From Lama guanicoe (taxonomy: Eukaryota), in the NCBI GenBank assembly GCA_013239625.1, contig MU054212.1, positions 6,050,270-6,114,269 on the forward strand: a stretch of 64,000 nt of DNA, written 5' to 3'. The number at the start of each line of letters is the position of its first letter. Within the stretch, counting starts at the first letter, position 1. Under the pieces are notes generated by a model. It did no database searches and was not told the origin of the DNA. It saw nothing but the letters and a program-made list of their open reading frames with translations. The translations under genes and the position numbers were made by a program. This document shows, piece by piece, positions 41,222-53,600 of this stretch.

Positions 41222-42939
41222 CTTTATAATCTGATTCCCTGTGTATTATAGCAATTAAACCTCTTTAAATGGAATCTCAAAGTATACTTGACCTTATAAT
41301 CATAGATGTGTATTTTTACTTTTTGTATATATGTATATGATTATTAAAATGTCGAATCTCTCTTGCTCCATAGTAAGCATTTTACATTACAACTATTCTA
41401 ACTTCTTAAAAATTTGAATTTAGTCAGTCATTTTCACTAGGTTTAAGCAGATTGTTTAAATCAGTTTTATAAAAGAATACTCCATTCTTAGCTACTTATG
41501 GTGACTACAAAACCTATGTACTTTTTGTTTTCCTCTTAATCACTGACAACACAGCAAATATATTTTGTTTACATCATAACACTACATTAAACAACTAGGA
41601 AGGCTGAAGAAAAAAGCTGTTTATCTCAACCAAATATCACATCTAACCTGGTGCCATATATACAAAAAAACTTTAATTCCAACAAATGCCTTATGAGAAT
41701 TACCCATATATTGGTTAGGAGGTCTATTAATACAAAAACCTCACGTTCATTGCTATAGGAGAGGAAAAAGAGTCCCAGAAATATTACAAAATATAAGAAA
41801 AGTGGCAAAAATTGCAAAATAAATGACACAGACTAGTCTCTGTTATAATCGGAAACCAATTTTCTTACCAACTAGTAAATATATCTTTCTCCCCAAATTA
41901 ATCAAAATTAGTCTCTATCTTGAAAATTAGTATGTATTTTCATTTAGTACCAATGACAAGAAAAGAAAATATAAAGAATAGATAGTGAAAATTTTGGTTA
42001 AATAGGAAGAAATCTCCACAGGTGGGGGAAATTACTTTATCAACTTCGATTATTTTTCTATTAATTTTGTTGTTTCAATGATGCTTAAATTTAACAAATA
42101 ACCAGTAAGATGTGGACACATGAAAAGGGGTTTGTTTTATGGTGGGTTGGGGAGTTCTCAATAAACAAATTAGATCTTCCAAAATAATTATTCTTTGCAA
42201 CACTATCTGTAATTAAAGACTAGAAAATTCTCATGTACATCGGAGGGACTGGTTAAATAAACTACGGTACATACATTAAATAGACGCACTATGCAACTTT
42301 AGGAAAAAGGGCAAAAATCTCTATACATCATTATAAAGTGCTCCCAGGATATATATATAAAGTGAAAGAAAAAGGCAACAGCAGAAGAAAATGTATTTTT
42401 GCAAAAGAAAGGAAAGAAGATATAAAAAGTTACGCATGCATTTGCTTATACTGTCAAAGAGAAATAACTGAAGGATAAATCTAACAAATGCTACCACGTA
42501 TAAGAGAAAAGAAAAAAAAAATGAGAAAGAGGAAGGGCCTAAATAGAAGCTAGAGCTCTGTGAATGTACTTTGTTTCACAATTTTGACTTTGGAACAATA
42601 TAAATTTCTACATAACTAAAAGTTAAATCAAAAAGAAAAAAGCAAGTACACACACATATGAGTTCTTAAATTGAAATAATACTTTCTAAATACTGGTGCA
42701 AGAAGACACTGGGCACTCAACAAAGAATATAAGGAGCAAAGGAAATTTTTCTAAATGTATACGGCAGAAATGGGTTTCATCCTTCAGCCAGATACATTCA
42801 GGCTGATGAGGTTAACTTTTCCCTCAGCCACCATGTTTCTCTGAAGGGTTAAGAAGTCCTCCTTCAGCTTTTCTTCATGCCAAAAAGTCAAGGGCATCCT
42901 TCTCTTTTTGTTTTCTGTTTCTCCTCCTGCGTTATTCAT

Positions 42940-43240
42940 TTTTTTTTCAGTTTACAATGTGTCAACTTCTAGTGTACAGCACAATGCTTCAGTCATACAT
43001 GAATATACATATATTCATTTTTATATTCTTTTTCACCATGAGCTACTACAAGATACTGAATATATTTTCTTGTGCTATACAGTATAAACTTGTTTACCTA
43101 TTTTATATATACCAGTCAGTATCTGCAAATCTTGAACTCCCAGTTTATCCCTTCCTGCTCTCCTCCCCACTGGCAACCACAAGTCTGTATTCTATGTCTG
43201 TGAGTCTGTTTCTGTTTTAGATATAAGTTAATTTGTCACT
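42940..43240 (-). mobile_element. L1 3' UTR fragment, same family as 25981-26196
   Basis: Reverse-oriented match to the 26-kb element (CAGTTTACAATGTGTCAACTTCTAGTGTACAGC...CTATGTCTGTGAGTCTGTTTCTGTTTT). Confidence 0.82.
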
Positions 43241-44499
43241 TTTTTATGCTTTTTGCTAAAATCTAGGGGAAAATATTAAAGAATATTTAAACAATCCTCT
43301 AAAATACTGTTTATACCTGACTATTCACTGAAGTATCACGGTATCTTACACAGTAATAGCAATTACTACAAAGGCAATCAGGAAAAGTATACTATACACT
43401 TAAAGGAAAAAAAATACTTTCTTCCTTCTTATCAAAACAAGATGCAGCCCAAATTATACTACTCAAGGACAATGCCTGGGTTTAGCAGAAAATACAGTAA
43501 ATCAAGAGCAAACACAATACACAATAGATGATAGGATAGATAACAAAAGTTATCACCATTTTCGAAAAATCATACAGACATGTTAATTGAAACAAATACA
43601 AAAAAAGGAGAAGGTGAGAGGAAAAAAGGTAACAGGCAAGGAGTGGAGTGAAAAGAATTTGGAAACTGATACCACCACAGGAAGTATCTGTATATAATGA
43701 AGATTCTTTTCCATCAATGCGTGTTTCCAACCACTGTACACTAGCTTTAATTGACCAATCTGATGATGAAAACATGGCATTGTTAAGTAAGGTTTATGAG
43801 GTAAACATTAACATTTATTTCTCAAATAGAATGGGTGAAAAGTATAATGACTCACATTAATGGTACAAACTAGAAGTCTATTTCTAGACAGAGAATCTTA
43901 TTTAAAATGGACAGAACACTCTTGAATCTTCGAAGAGTATTATTCTGTTATAATGAAATTTTATTAAAATGAAGTCAGTACCTCATCATATCACATTCCC
44001 AGACTTCAAGACTAGCATAACAATAAAGCTAAAGGGAAGTGCCTTAAAGTAGCAGGGAAAGAAGCTGAAGAAACTTTTCTTCTATAGTTTCTCCAAACCA
44101 TTTGGGATTCTTTCTTTAAAATCTGCCTAAAGTGTTCAGCTACAGTAATGCCTACACCCACTTTTAAAGGCAAACAGCACTGAATTCCTCTTTATGTGGA
44201 GATGTTGGCAGAGACCTGAGAATATAATGTAATTAGATAAATACTCGCAACCAAATCATGACCACACTGCTCCTATAAACCATCTGTACCAAATCACTTT
44301 AATAGACTATTAAGAAAAATAAACAAGCCTACATCCAGTACACAGATAACCAGACATCAGATTCGAGAATCTTTCTCTAGAGATAACTGAACAGCCCCAA
44401 ATAAAACAACTATAAGTAATAAAAACTAGCAACCCGCAAGCCTGTTCACAGCCTCACCAACCATTAAAGAAGTCCACAAGCTGACAAATTTTTTTATGC

Positions 44500-45420
44500 A
44501 CAATCAGGGTTTTAATACCTCAAGTTGAAACAAAAAATAATCCCAAGGGCTCACCAGACATTTAAGGAAAGTTTCCGACATGAAAAAGAAACCAAAACAA
44601 GCTGAAAAATAATACAAATGGAAGAAAAAGCACAGGATAGAAGAAAACTTAAAAACTGAAAGAACCAAACAGTAATTCATTAATATCCTCAGAGTTAAGA
44701 TACTTCAACACGCGATATCATCATCATGGTACAAAAAAAGGGAAATCCAAAGAGCAAAGAAAAGACAGTCTCACTAGATGGGTGAAAGATGAAGTCAAGT
44801 ATATTCCCGAGAAAGTAAAACAAGGACAGAGATAGAGATGGACAATATTAGAAAAAAGATAAGAATATTAGAAGAGCAATTCAGGAAGTTCTACGTCCAA
44901 ATAACAGTAGTTCCCGAAAGACCAGACAAAAAAACAGGGAAGCCATTAACAAAAAACAATATAAAAAAATTCCTCAGGGCTAAATTATGTGTGTGATCAG
45001 CTAATTAAAAGGAACTGCTGAGTAAAATGAGTGAAAAGGAGTTAAATCAGGCCCAATAGGAAATTTCAAAATAGCAGAGATAAAGAACTTCTAAAAGCTT
45101 CTACAGGTTGTAGGAAACAGGGGGATATGTACTTCAATGGCATCCAGCTTCTTTCAAGCAACATTAGAAGCTGGAAGAAAGTAAAACTATTCTGAGGGAA
45201 ATGATTTCTAACTAATAGTATATACAATCAATCAATTAATCAAGTATGAAAGATAAGAACATTTTCAGACATTTATTCCTCAAAAATTTTACCTCCCAAG
45301 CAACCTTTCTCAGGAAGCTACTGGAGATGTCCTCCATCAAATCAAGGAAATACATCAAAAAAGACACGAATGAGAGGTTACAGAGAAGACAAAGGAAGGA
45401 AGTCTCCAGGATTACATTTG
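44500..45420 (+). mobile_element. Degenerate L1 ORF1/HAL1-like remnant
   Basis: A-rich strand bias with ORF1-like phrases (TTAGAAGAGCAATTCAGGAAGTTCTACGTCCAAATAACAGTAGTTCCCGAAAG; GCAACATTAGAAGCTGGAAG). Confidence 0.5.
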
Positions 45421-47495
45421 TGGAGCAGGCCTTCAAGAGCAACCAGTCCACGATGGAACAGAACAGTGTTTCAAAACTTTTATTTCACTTTCTCTCTCCA
45501 TGAACCATTTTAGACATTTTCCTAATTGGCTTCCCCACAAAGAATATTTTTAAGTAATTCTACAGATACACTGTGTATCCATTTACGTACTGTGGTCCTT
45601 TGGAGAGCCAAACCATTGTGATATCTAAGATTTTTTTCACACCCCAAGAACCAAATTTTCAACCCACTAAGGGATGGTATCATTCCCCATTGAGAAAGCA
45701 TGGAGTAGAAAGAAGACCAGGGGGAAAGGAGGAAGGGGAGTAATTAAGCTAAATCTTCATCAATTATAATGAGAAGCCAATAAATAAAAACTTTAATTAA
45801 GTCTTAAATAGCCATATAAAATTATTACTTAGAAACACAAAATACCAGAGGAAACCATTTGGTGGGACAGGGATGCAGAGAGCAGATTACTGTTGTCTGT
45901 TCCTTGGAAGTCTTTTTAGCATCATGTCTCGGCGCACATATTATTTTGATAAATTAAATTTTTTTTAAAGTAAAAGTTATTATGGGCTTTGGAAGTCAGG
46001 AGGACATTTGCAGTATAAAAAATATATATATTTTTAAAAATATGATAATTTTCTGGGCCCCCTCAGCACTTTGGCATATTGGACATGCCTATCTCTATTA
46101 CAATCTATTGTATTTTAAGGTCTTGGAAATAAGAATGTATCATAATTATTGACCAGATTACAAAGTTATATGTAGCACATCTTCCTTATCTCTGTATCTC
46201 AATGCAAAGTATACAGTAGGAAATCAATATATACTTGTTGACTGAGTAACAAAAATGTTAAAGTCCCTATAAAACAGAATCATAGGATTAAAGGTCTAGG
46301 AGAGGCCTGAATAAATAATCTAGCCAAATTCTCTTGTTTTCAGAGAATAAAACTATCTGGATAAATGGTTTATTCAAGTTATCCAATTAACCCACGGCTA
46401 TGATTTTATAAAAACGTGGACACTCTGGCACCTGACTCATTGCCCTTCACACTTCAACATGAATTTTCCATTGATGACAGAAACAGTTCAAATTCCATCA
46501 CTTTATTGCAGAAATATGTACATTTTGCCTCATGTTGAAAATATGTTATGCCAGGAACTGCTTAAAATATGTATCCTGAAATGGATTCTTTTAATTTGTA
46601 AAGATAACCATAATATTCTAAACTTTTTATCAAATTAATTTACCTTGCTGGAATTAAAATAACATAGGGAGAAGAAAAATTATGAACATTTAAACAAAAT
46701 AAATCTACAAATATTCCTAACTATACAAGTGCAACCAACTTCGTGATCTAAAACATACCACTTAAGTTCTCTCTGTACGTTTGGGAAAATCTTTAAATAA
46801 GCAATTAGGAGGTATTAACATAACAGGTTATATATTATACTGACCTAAAGATTATTTTATTAGGATGCTGAAATATCCTAATTAAACGATGTACTTTTAA
46901 TCTTGCCCTCTAAAAATCTATCCCACGTCCCTTAAGTTTTTTTCACACTGGAAAAGAGTCACACCAAATACTGCTAATTCACTTTACATAAAATATAATT
47001 TTACCTATCAATCTTATTACGAAAACATTTACCATTCAAATCAGATTAAGATTAAATATTTATTTAGATATTATAAACACTTCCTCCACGTAACACTAAG
47101 CAAGATAAAAAATACAATAGACAATACTTTTCATATAATCATAGTATTACTTTTGTCACAAAAGAATATGTTGTTTTATTTACTGGGAATAAATAAAGAG
47201 TCAAAGTTCCTGCCATCATGGAGCTTATATTAATTTTACAATTAGAACTACAAAAACATTTTCATTATGAAAAAGTAAAATGAAATCATTTAATTTATAG
47301 TCATTTGAATGGCTGCCTGCTTACTTGATTGTAACTTCCATAAAAGCAAGGACTGTTTTTTTCAACACTGTATTCCCAGGCTCCAGCAGTCAGCCAGCAG
47401 TTCAGTGTTTGTTGAATGACTTCCAAGTTACAGAATTACCTTCCCTAACAAAATAAAACCTCATTTAAAAAATAATAGTAAACCTTATCACATAC

Positions 47496-47690
47496 CACTG
47501 ATGTTGAGGTCATAATCTCCCGCTGTAATCACATTAGCTACTAATCCTTCTGCAGGTTGACTGCCAGAAACAACGTCATTCAAAAGCTTCCGAATGGCTC
47601 CAGGCTGAGGTGGCTGGGTGATAATGTTGCTCACTGCTATCTTCAAATTTTTAATAACGTGAAGCTGATTATTAGGATCTCTCATATGAA
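47496..47690 (-). CDS. TRAPPC8: TRAPPC8 exon 2 (VHMRDPNNQLHVIKNLKIAVSNIITQPPQPG...DYDLNIS)
   Basis: TTTAAAG| acceptor, G|GTATGT donor, 195 nt, frame continuous with exon 1. Confidence 0.96.
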
Positions 47691-48179
47691 CTTTAAAAAA
47701 AGAAAAAAAGAACTTGAAATTAATCCTACACAAAGCATAACAAGCCACTATTACAACGATTTAAAAATTGAGTTAATGTTTCACAAACAAAAAGGATGCC
47801 CAATTTGGAAATCAGAAATTTCAAGTGGAACAGTCTTCCAGAACACAACCGACCTACAACATTCCATTATATTCCAAAAGGGCTAGCTAGACAGTCTAAC
47901 CTTCCCCTCCCTCAGTGCTAGTGCTCAGAACTATACTCTCTTCCTAGTCCTTTCTTTCCTCTTATCTTTGGGGTTGCCAGGGACCATCCATACAAAATCT
48001 CTAATTCTCATCTCACCCTTAGGCTGGTCCAGGACAGCATGAGGTCCATGATACCAACACTGAAAACAGTGAAAGGGAAGAAAGAAGAATTACATGCTAC
48101 GTGAAGGCTCCCTCTGCTTCCCCAGTCGTGATGCCTGCATTCTCAGCCCCTCTTCTACTATCATAAAAATCAATGCCCA

Positions 48180-48328
48180 CTCTGGTGCAGGATGTTGATA
48201 GTCGGAGGGGGGAGGCTGTGCACATGTTGGAACAGGAGGTATATGAGAGCACTCTGTACTTTCTGCTCAATTTTGCTGTGAACCTAAAACTGCTCTAAAA
48301 AATAAAGTGTATTTAAAAGAAAAAAAAT
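48180..48328 (+). mobile_element. L1MC/MD-like 3' end with TSD
   Basis: ...CTCAATTTTGCTGTGAACCTAAAACTGCTCTAAAAAATAAAG..A-tail; flanked by ATCAATGCCCA at 48169-48179 and 48329-48339. Confidence 0.8.
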
Positions 48329-48564
48329 ATCAATGCCCAGATCCCTTCTCCTAACCCATGCCTCCTGCCTCTACCCTGCTACAGGCCTGTCTCAATCTGT
48401 GAGTTATAGCCAGTAGTTCAGAGATTCAGGCCAGGGAACAGGTTCTCAGGCTACTGTAGCAACAATGCCACAGTGCATAGTAGGCAACGTGAACTTATTT
48501 TTTCATATAAATATAATCAGACAAGATGATGAGTTTCCATGGTACTATTAGAAGTAGTCCATTG

Positions 48565-48795
48565 TACTGATTAAGGACCCAACTTCTGAAATCAGACTTT
48601 ATTTAAAATCCCAACCCACCACTTATTAAAAACTTTTAAACTTTTCTGTGCTTCAATTTCTTCATCTATAATATATGAAAAAAATAACCTACTTCCTAGT
48701 TATTTTAAGGATTTAGGTGAGATACTGTTAGAAGACACAGTAAGTGCAAAGCACTTAGCACATGCCTGACACGTACAGTTAAGTGCTCAAGAAGT
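48565..48795 (+). mobile_element. MIR SINE
   Basis: TCTGTGCTTCAATTTCTTCATCTATAA..AAAGCACTTAGCACATGCCTGACACGTACAGTTAAGTGCTCAA. Confidence 0.7.
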
Positions 48796-49702
48796 GATGG
48801 AGGCGGCATGTACAACATACTCTATTTCAAGTACATCATGGATCATCGTATACAATTATGAGACAATTCTGGAAAACTGACTTTGGGTACCTACCCTTTA
48901 AAAATACGACATTTGTCCCCCAATGGAAAATGCTTTACACCAAACTTTTAAGTTCAGGGATGTTTATGTTTTAAATAAAGTTACATCTGTTAAAAGCTGC
49001 CTTTCTTAATTTCCTGCGTATTCTCTCTGTTGACTTCTAAATTTCTAATTTAACAACATGAGACAAAAATCTTTTTACAACACTACATGTAGCATGAATA
49101 TGTGCAGTTGTACTGTAAATCTAAATATAGGTACAGAAAGTGTACATGCAAATTCCATTATAATGGTTACCTACAATGACGGAAGGAAAGAAATGGGACT
49201 AAAGAAGGGTAAAAAGGTGATTTCAACTCTATGTTTCTTCTTAAAGGAAAATAAAAGTCACCAAGCAAACATGCCAAGATTTGTTGGCTCTGGGTAAAGG
49301 GGAGCTGAATGTGTCTTGTAGTCTCTGCATTCGTCTATAATTGTTTACTTGAGTAATTTAGAAAACATAAACACATACAGGCCTCTCCCCCTAATTAAAC
49401 TTCTCAGCTGGTCTATGAAACAAGGAAAACAAAAAACAGGAAAATACTATGCTACATTTGTGATATTTTTAGGAACATATTGTACAAGCAGTTTCCCTAA
49501 AGTTGATCCATAATTGCCAAACAACATAAGCAGCCGTGCTGTATTAAATCTCTCTCAAAATTTTAAATTGGTTTAGTGTTCTTAAGCATTAATACAAAAA
49601 AGGTTATTCTAGTTGTGCCCTATATTCAGAATGGGTTTATCAGTTACTGGGTTATTTAGTCCTTAGGTAATCCTACTAATAATCCAGAAATGAGCTAACA
49701 GG

Positions 49703-50197
49703 TGTGGCAGCTAGCCTCTGAAATGACAGCCAATGATCCCGGTACTTACTGGTACACACTCCTGTGCAGACCCCTCCTCCACCCCAGGATTGGTATGTGT
49801 GACCAATGGAACACAGCATGAGCAACAGTATATATACTACTTCTGAGATAAGGTTATAAAAGAGTACGGCTTTCATACTGGGTTCTCTGATCACTCTTGG
49901 GAGAATTTAACTGCCAGGTCATGGAGACACTCTGGGAATCTATGGAGAGGCCCACGGAGAGGAAAGAATTGAGGTCTCAGGCCAACATCCAGTGAGGAAG
50001 TGAGATTTGCCAACAACCACAGTAGTGAGCTTGGAAGAGAACCCTCCAGCCCTAGATGGCTACACCCCTACTGACAGCTCCACCACGAGCTCGAGGGCTA
50101 AGCCACTCCCAGGTTCCTGAGAAACAGAGAGAGAACAAACACTTCGGGTTTAAGGAGCTAAATTCTGAGGTAGTTTGGTAAACAGATTAGCAATACA
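49703..50197 (+). mobile_element. MLT1-family MaLR solo LTR
   Basis: Starts TGTGGCAG, ends ..CAATACA; internal TATGGAGAGGCCCAC, GTGAGCTTGGAAG, GCTAAGCCACTCCCAG motifs. Confidence 0.75.
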
Positions 50198-52389
50198 CTG
50201 GAGTATCACAAAACCAACTTAACAGAGAGAAAAGTAAGAGCTAAGAATAATTCAGAGAAATGCTCTTAAATCACACACAAAAAATCCAAAAGCTTCAGAA
50301 CTAATTATATGGAAGCTTCATTAAGATTATGTCATAAAAGGTGACTTTATGTATCTTACAACATCTCAACTTCAAAATGAAATTCACTTCTTTTATAGGT
50401 TACTATATAAATACAGTTTCTTGAATACTATTTTACAAAGTAACATTTCCCAGTATGTGATGCTCACAGAACACTGGTTGCTCAAGACAGTTAAGAGTTG
50501 TTTCCGAAAAATCAGTTCCATGTTCAAATAAATTTGGGAAATACTGGATTAAGTTTTTAAAAGGTCTCTTTACAGTAGGTGTTCCCAGAGTCATAATGTG
50601 TCAAATGACACTGTAATTCTTCCAAACAGGGGCTATATTAAACAAACTTATTTGACCAAAATTTTTTTCACAGTACATATAATACAACTGGTATTCTGTG
50701 GAATATATTTTGAAAAATAAAATCGTATCTTTTAGCACACAAAACTGTATATTTAAAAAAACCTCAGTTGTTTATAAACCACACAATTCTTCCCCCCCAC
50801 AAAATGGAATATTACCTCTAAGGTTTTTAGTATCTATTATGTGTTGAAATGGTAACATTTTGGAAATACTGAATCAAATAAGATAGATCATTTAAACTAT
50901 TTTCACTCATTTCTTTTCACCTTTCTTACAACATGACTACCAAGTAACCTAAAGTTATTTATGTTGACTACTGGACTGCACTGCTCCCTTGTGTGAATAA
51001 GTGATTCTAAATACTGGCAGGAGATAAGGTGGCTTAAGAACACGTTGAGTCACATTGCGTTTTTAAATCTTTCTCACCTATAAGACTGTGGATAAGTTGA
51101 CATCTCTATGCCTCAACGTCCTCAAATTTAAAATGGTGTTAACATTATCTACCTCACAGGATTCAAACACTAAAAAAGAAAAGCTACATAAGCAGGTATC
51201 AGGTATGAGCATCATTATTCTTTATTATGTTAATTATCATGTTAATGTTAATCATTATGTTAATAACAAGCAAGAAAGCACACAGTTCAAAGTCAAACTG
51301 GCCCTCACCTGTTTTGTTTTGTTTTTTAATAATTTAAGAATGTAGGGCACTTGGTTGTTTTTGTTGACTTAATACAACTGGAGATGAGACTGATGGCTAA
51401 GGTACAGGCTGAAGAAAATCCAAGAGTTTCCAAACTTTGGTTTTTTTTTGATAGCTCCCTCTCTCCTTTAAACACAAAAGTGGACTTATAATTGAGCTAT
51501 TCTCCCAAAGAATACACATCTATAGCAATATAAACACATAAATTTATGGCACAATATTGTTTTTCGTGGAGAAGTCACCATAGCCAAGTAAACATCATGG
51601 TCGTCCACTTGACACAGCTTTATTATAGAACCTTTTATTTTATACAGACTTAACAAAGAACTTTACCTATACTTTTCTATGTTCTGTCTGCAAAGTACAG
51701 GTAAAGATATTGGTTAAATCACGCCTGGAGTATTCCGCTTACCTTTCCCTAGTAAATAATCTAAAGCTGGAGAAAACAGGTAGCTCTTCAATAAAAAACA
51801 TTACCCCATGGATTTAAACTTTCATCCCCAAAAAACACACTTCAGGACTTTTCTATCCCTATAAATCTAGATAACTCCAACTATCTCAATTAAATTAACT
51901 ACAACTTGTTCTTACTTCCTCGTCCACCAGGCCAAAAAAGGCTGTGGCAAGTCTCATTACTTTTATAATACTTTTTATTTTCTTGAGAGGTTAAGTAAAA
52001 TACTGGATAACTAAGAAAATTCTCAAAAGATAAAAAATTTCTAAAGTTTTTTTAAAAGTTTAAACTCTCAAAAGAAAAAAAGTAAAAGCGCCTCACTGCT
52101 AAAGAATGTAATGTTCAAGACAAGTTTGAAAGCCCAGTTTAACTCCCAGGGGAGGACAATTCGTCTTCTTTACTAAGACCTCGTGGTCTAAGAGGCAGCA
52201 TCTTCTTACCCTCACCTGCCTTGCCACTTTCTAATTCCCTCTCTATGGCCGCTAAGAAGTCTCAATGCCCTTCTCTGGGGCTCATGTTTTTTATACTAAT
52301 TACCCAACAGCCTGCTTGTCCTGTGAGTGCCTAGAAAAACTGGAGGCTAGGACCACGCAGTCTTGACATCCTCTCTCATGGCCCCTCCT

Positions 52390-53600
52390 CCTGTGGCCAC
52401 CGGAGACAACGCGCGGCCCCAGCCCGACGCCACTCCACCGGCTCCGAGATGTAAACATCGTCCTTCTCTTCCCTGACCGCCCCCAACTTCCCTCTCTCGG
52501 CCCGGGCTTTGCGGCAGCTCAGAGAAAAAGGGAGGAGACCACATACCCTCGGAAGTGAGGCGAGAGAAGGGCTTAAGCAACTCCGCGAAGCTAAGGTGAT
52601 TGAGACGAGTGAGCCGCTCAGCTTCGTCGCTACACAGCGCGGCGACACAGGGGACGAAGGAGTCCGGAATGAGCTCCTGCACTGACTGTACACACTGGGC
52701 CATCACCGCGGGAGAGGCAGCGGCGGCGCCCGCCGTCCGGCCCACTCTCAGAGGCTGATCCTGCGGCTGCAGCAGCTACTGCCGCCGCCCGCCGGCCTGG
52801 CCCGGCCGGGCGGGGCCCCGCACTGAAGCCTTGAGACCAATAGAAGGAACAGACGCCGCCGCCTCGGCTCCAAGGGCACCCGCCACCGACCCCTCCCCGT
52901 CACCGCCGCTCCTCAGCGCTCGCCCCGGCGTCCTCGCATTCCACCCTGATAGGTGGAGACGCCGACAATCGCCAGTTAATCCTCTCGACGGCAAAGCCTT
53001 GGTCACTGCCCGACCGGAACCGCCATGTTGAGGCCGAACCCTGACCCACCGGCGTACTTATCCCGGCAGCCCCCGCGCTCGTCCCTCACGTGACGGTGTT
53101 AAAGGAGTCGATAGGGGCGGGGAAAGAGAGCCGAGAAGAGGGAAGTGAAGAGCTACGGAGGCCGGTCGGGAGGCTGGAGCCGGAAGTGCGACAGGTGGGC
53201 CCTGCTGGGCGGGGCTAGGGCGGGACTAGCAGCATGGTGGGCGGAGCCAGGAGGGGAGGCTCGCGACGATTGGCTTGGTTCTCACGCACGTACTTGGCAA
53301 AGCCCGGCGAGGTGCGACTGGGAAAACCGCAGGGCGACGTTGGTGGTCCGTGCTGTCACAGTGATAGAGGCGTCTGCTCGCCTTTCACGCCGAATGGGCC
53401 CGTTTGGAGCCCCAGAGGCCTCCCTTGGAAACGGTGGGCAAACGATGTGGCTGTTTGCGCCGCTTCCTGCCCGCTCGCCCTGCCCGTCCCACGCTCTGGT
53501 GGAGCGTCTCAGGGCACCTGCTCACCGGAGAGAGCGTGCTGGCCGCCCGGTGCTTGGGGGCTTCGCTGGAGCCGGCCTAAACAGGCCAGGTATCGTTTGA
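52390..53600. promoter_or_regulatory. CpG island / TATA-less promoter and 5' UTR of TRAPPC8
   Basis: Abrupt GC- and CpG-rich block in AT-rich DNA; GC boxes (~53114, 53207-53245), ETS CCGGAAGT (53180-53187), ATTGG/CCAAT (53269-53273), E-box TCACGTGAC (53086-53094), YY1-like CCGCCATGTT (53020-53029). Confidence 0.9.
52547..52703 (-). CDS. TRAPPC8: TRAPPC8 coding exon 1 (MAQCVQSVQELIPDSFVPCVAALCSDEAERLTRLNHLSFAELLKPFSRLTSE)
   Basis: ATG in strong Kozak context (GTGATGG); peptide matches the TRAPPC8 N-terminus as recalled; donor GAGG|GTATGT; 157 nt, ends phase 1. Confidence 0.97.
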
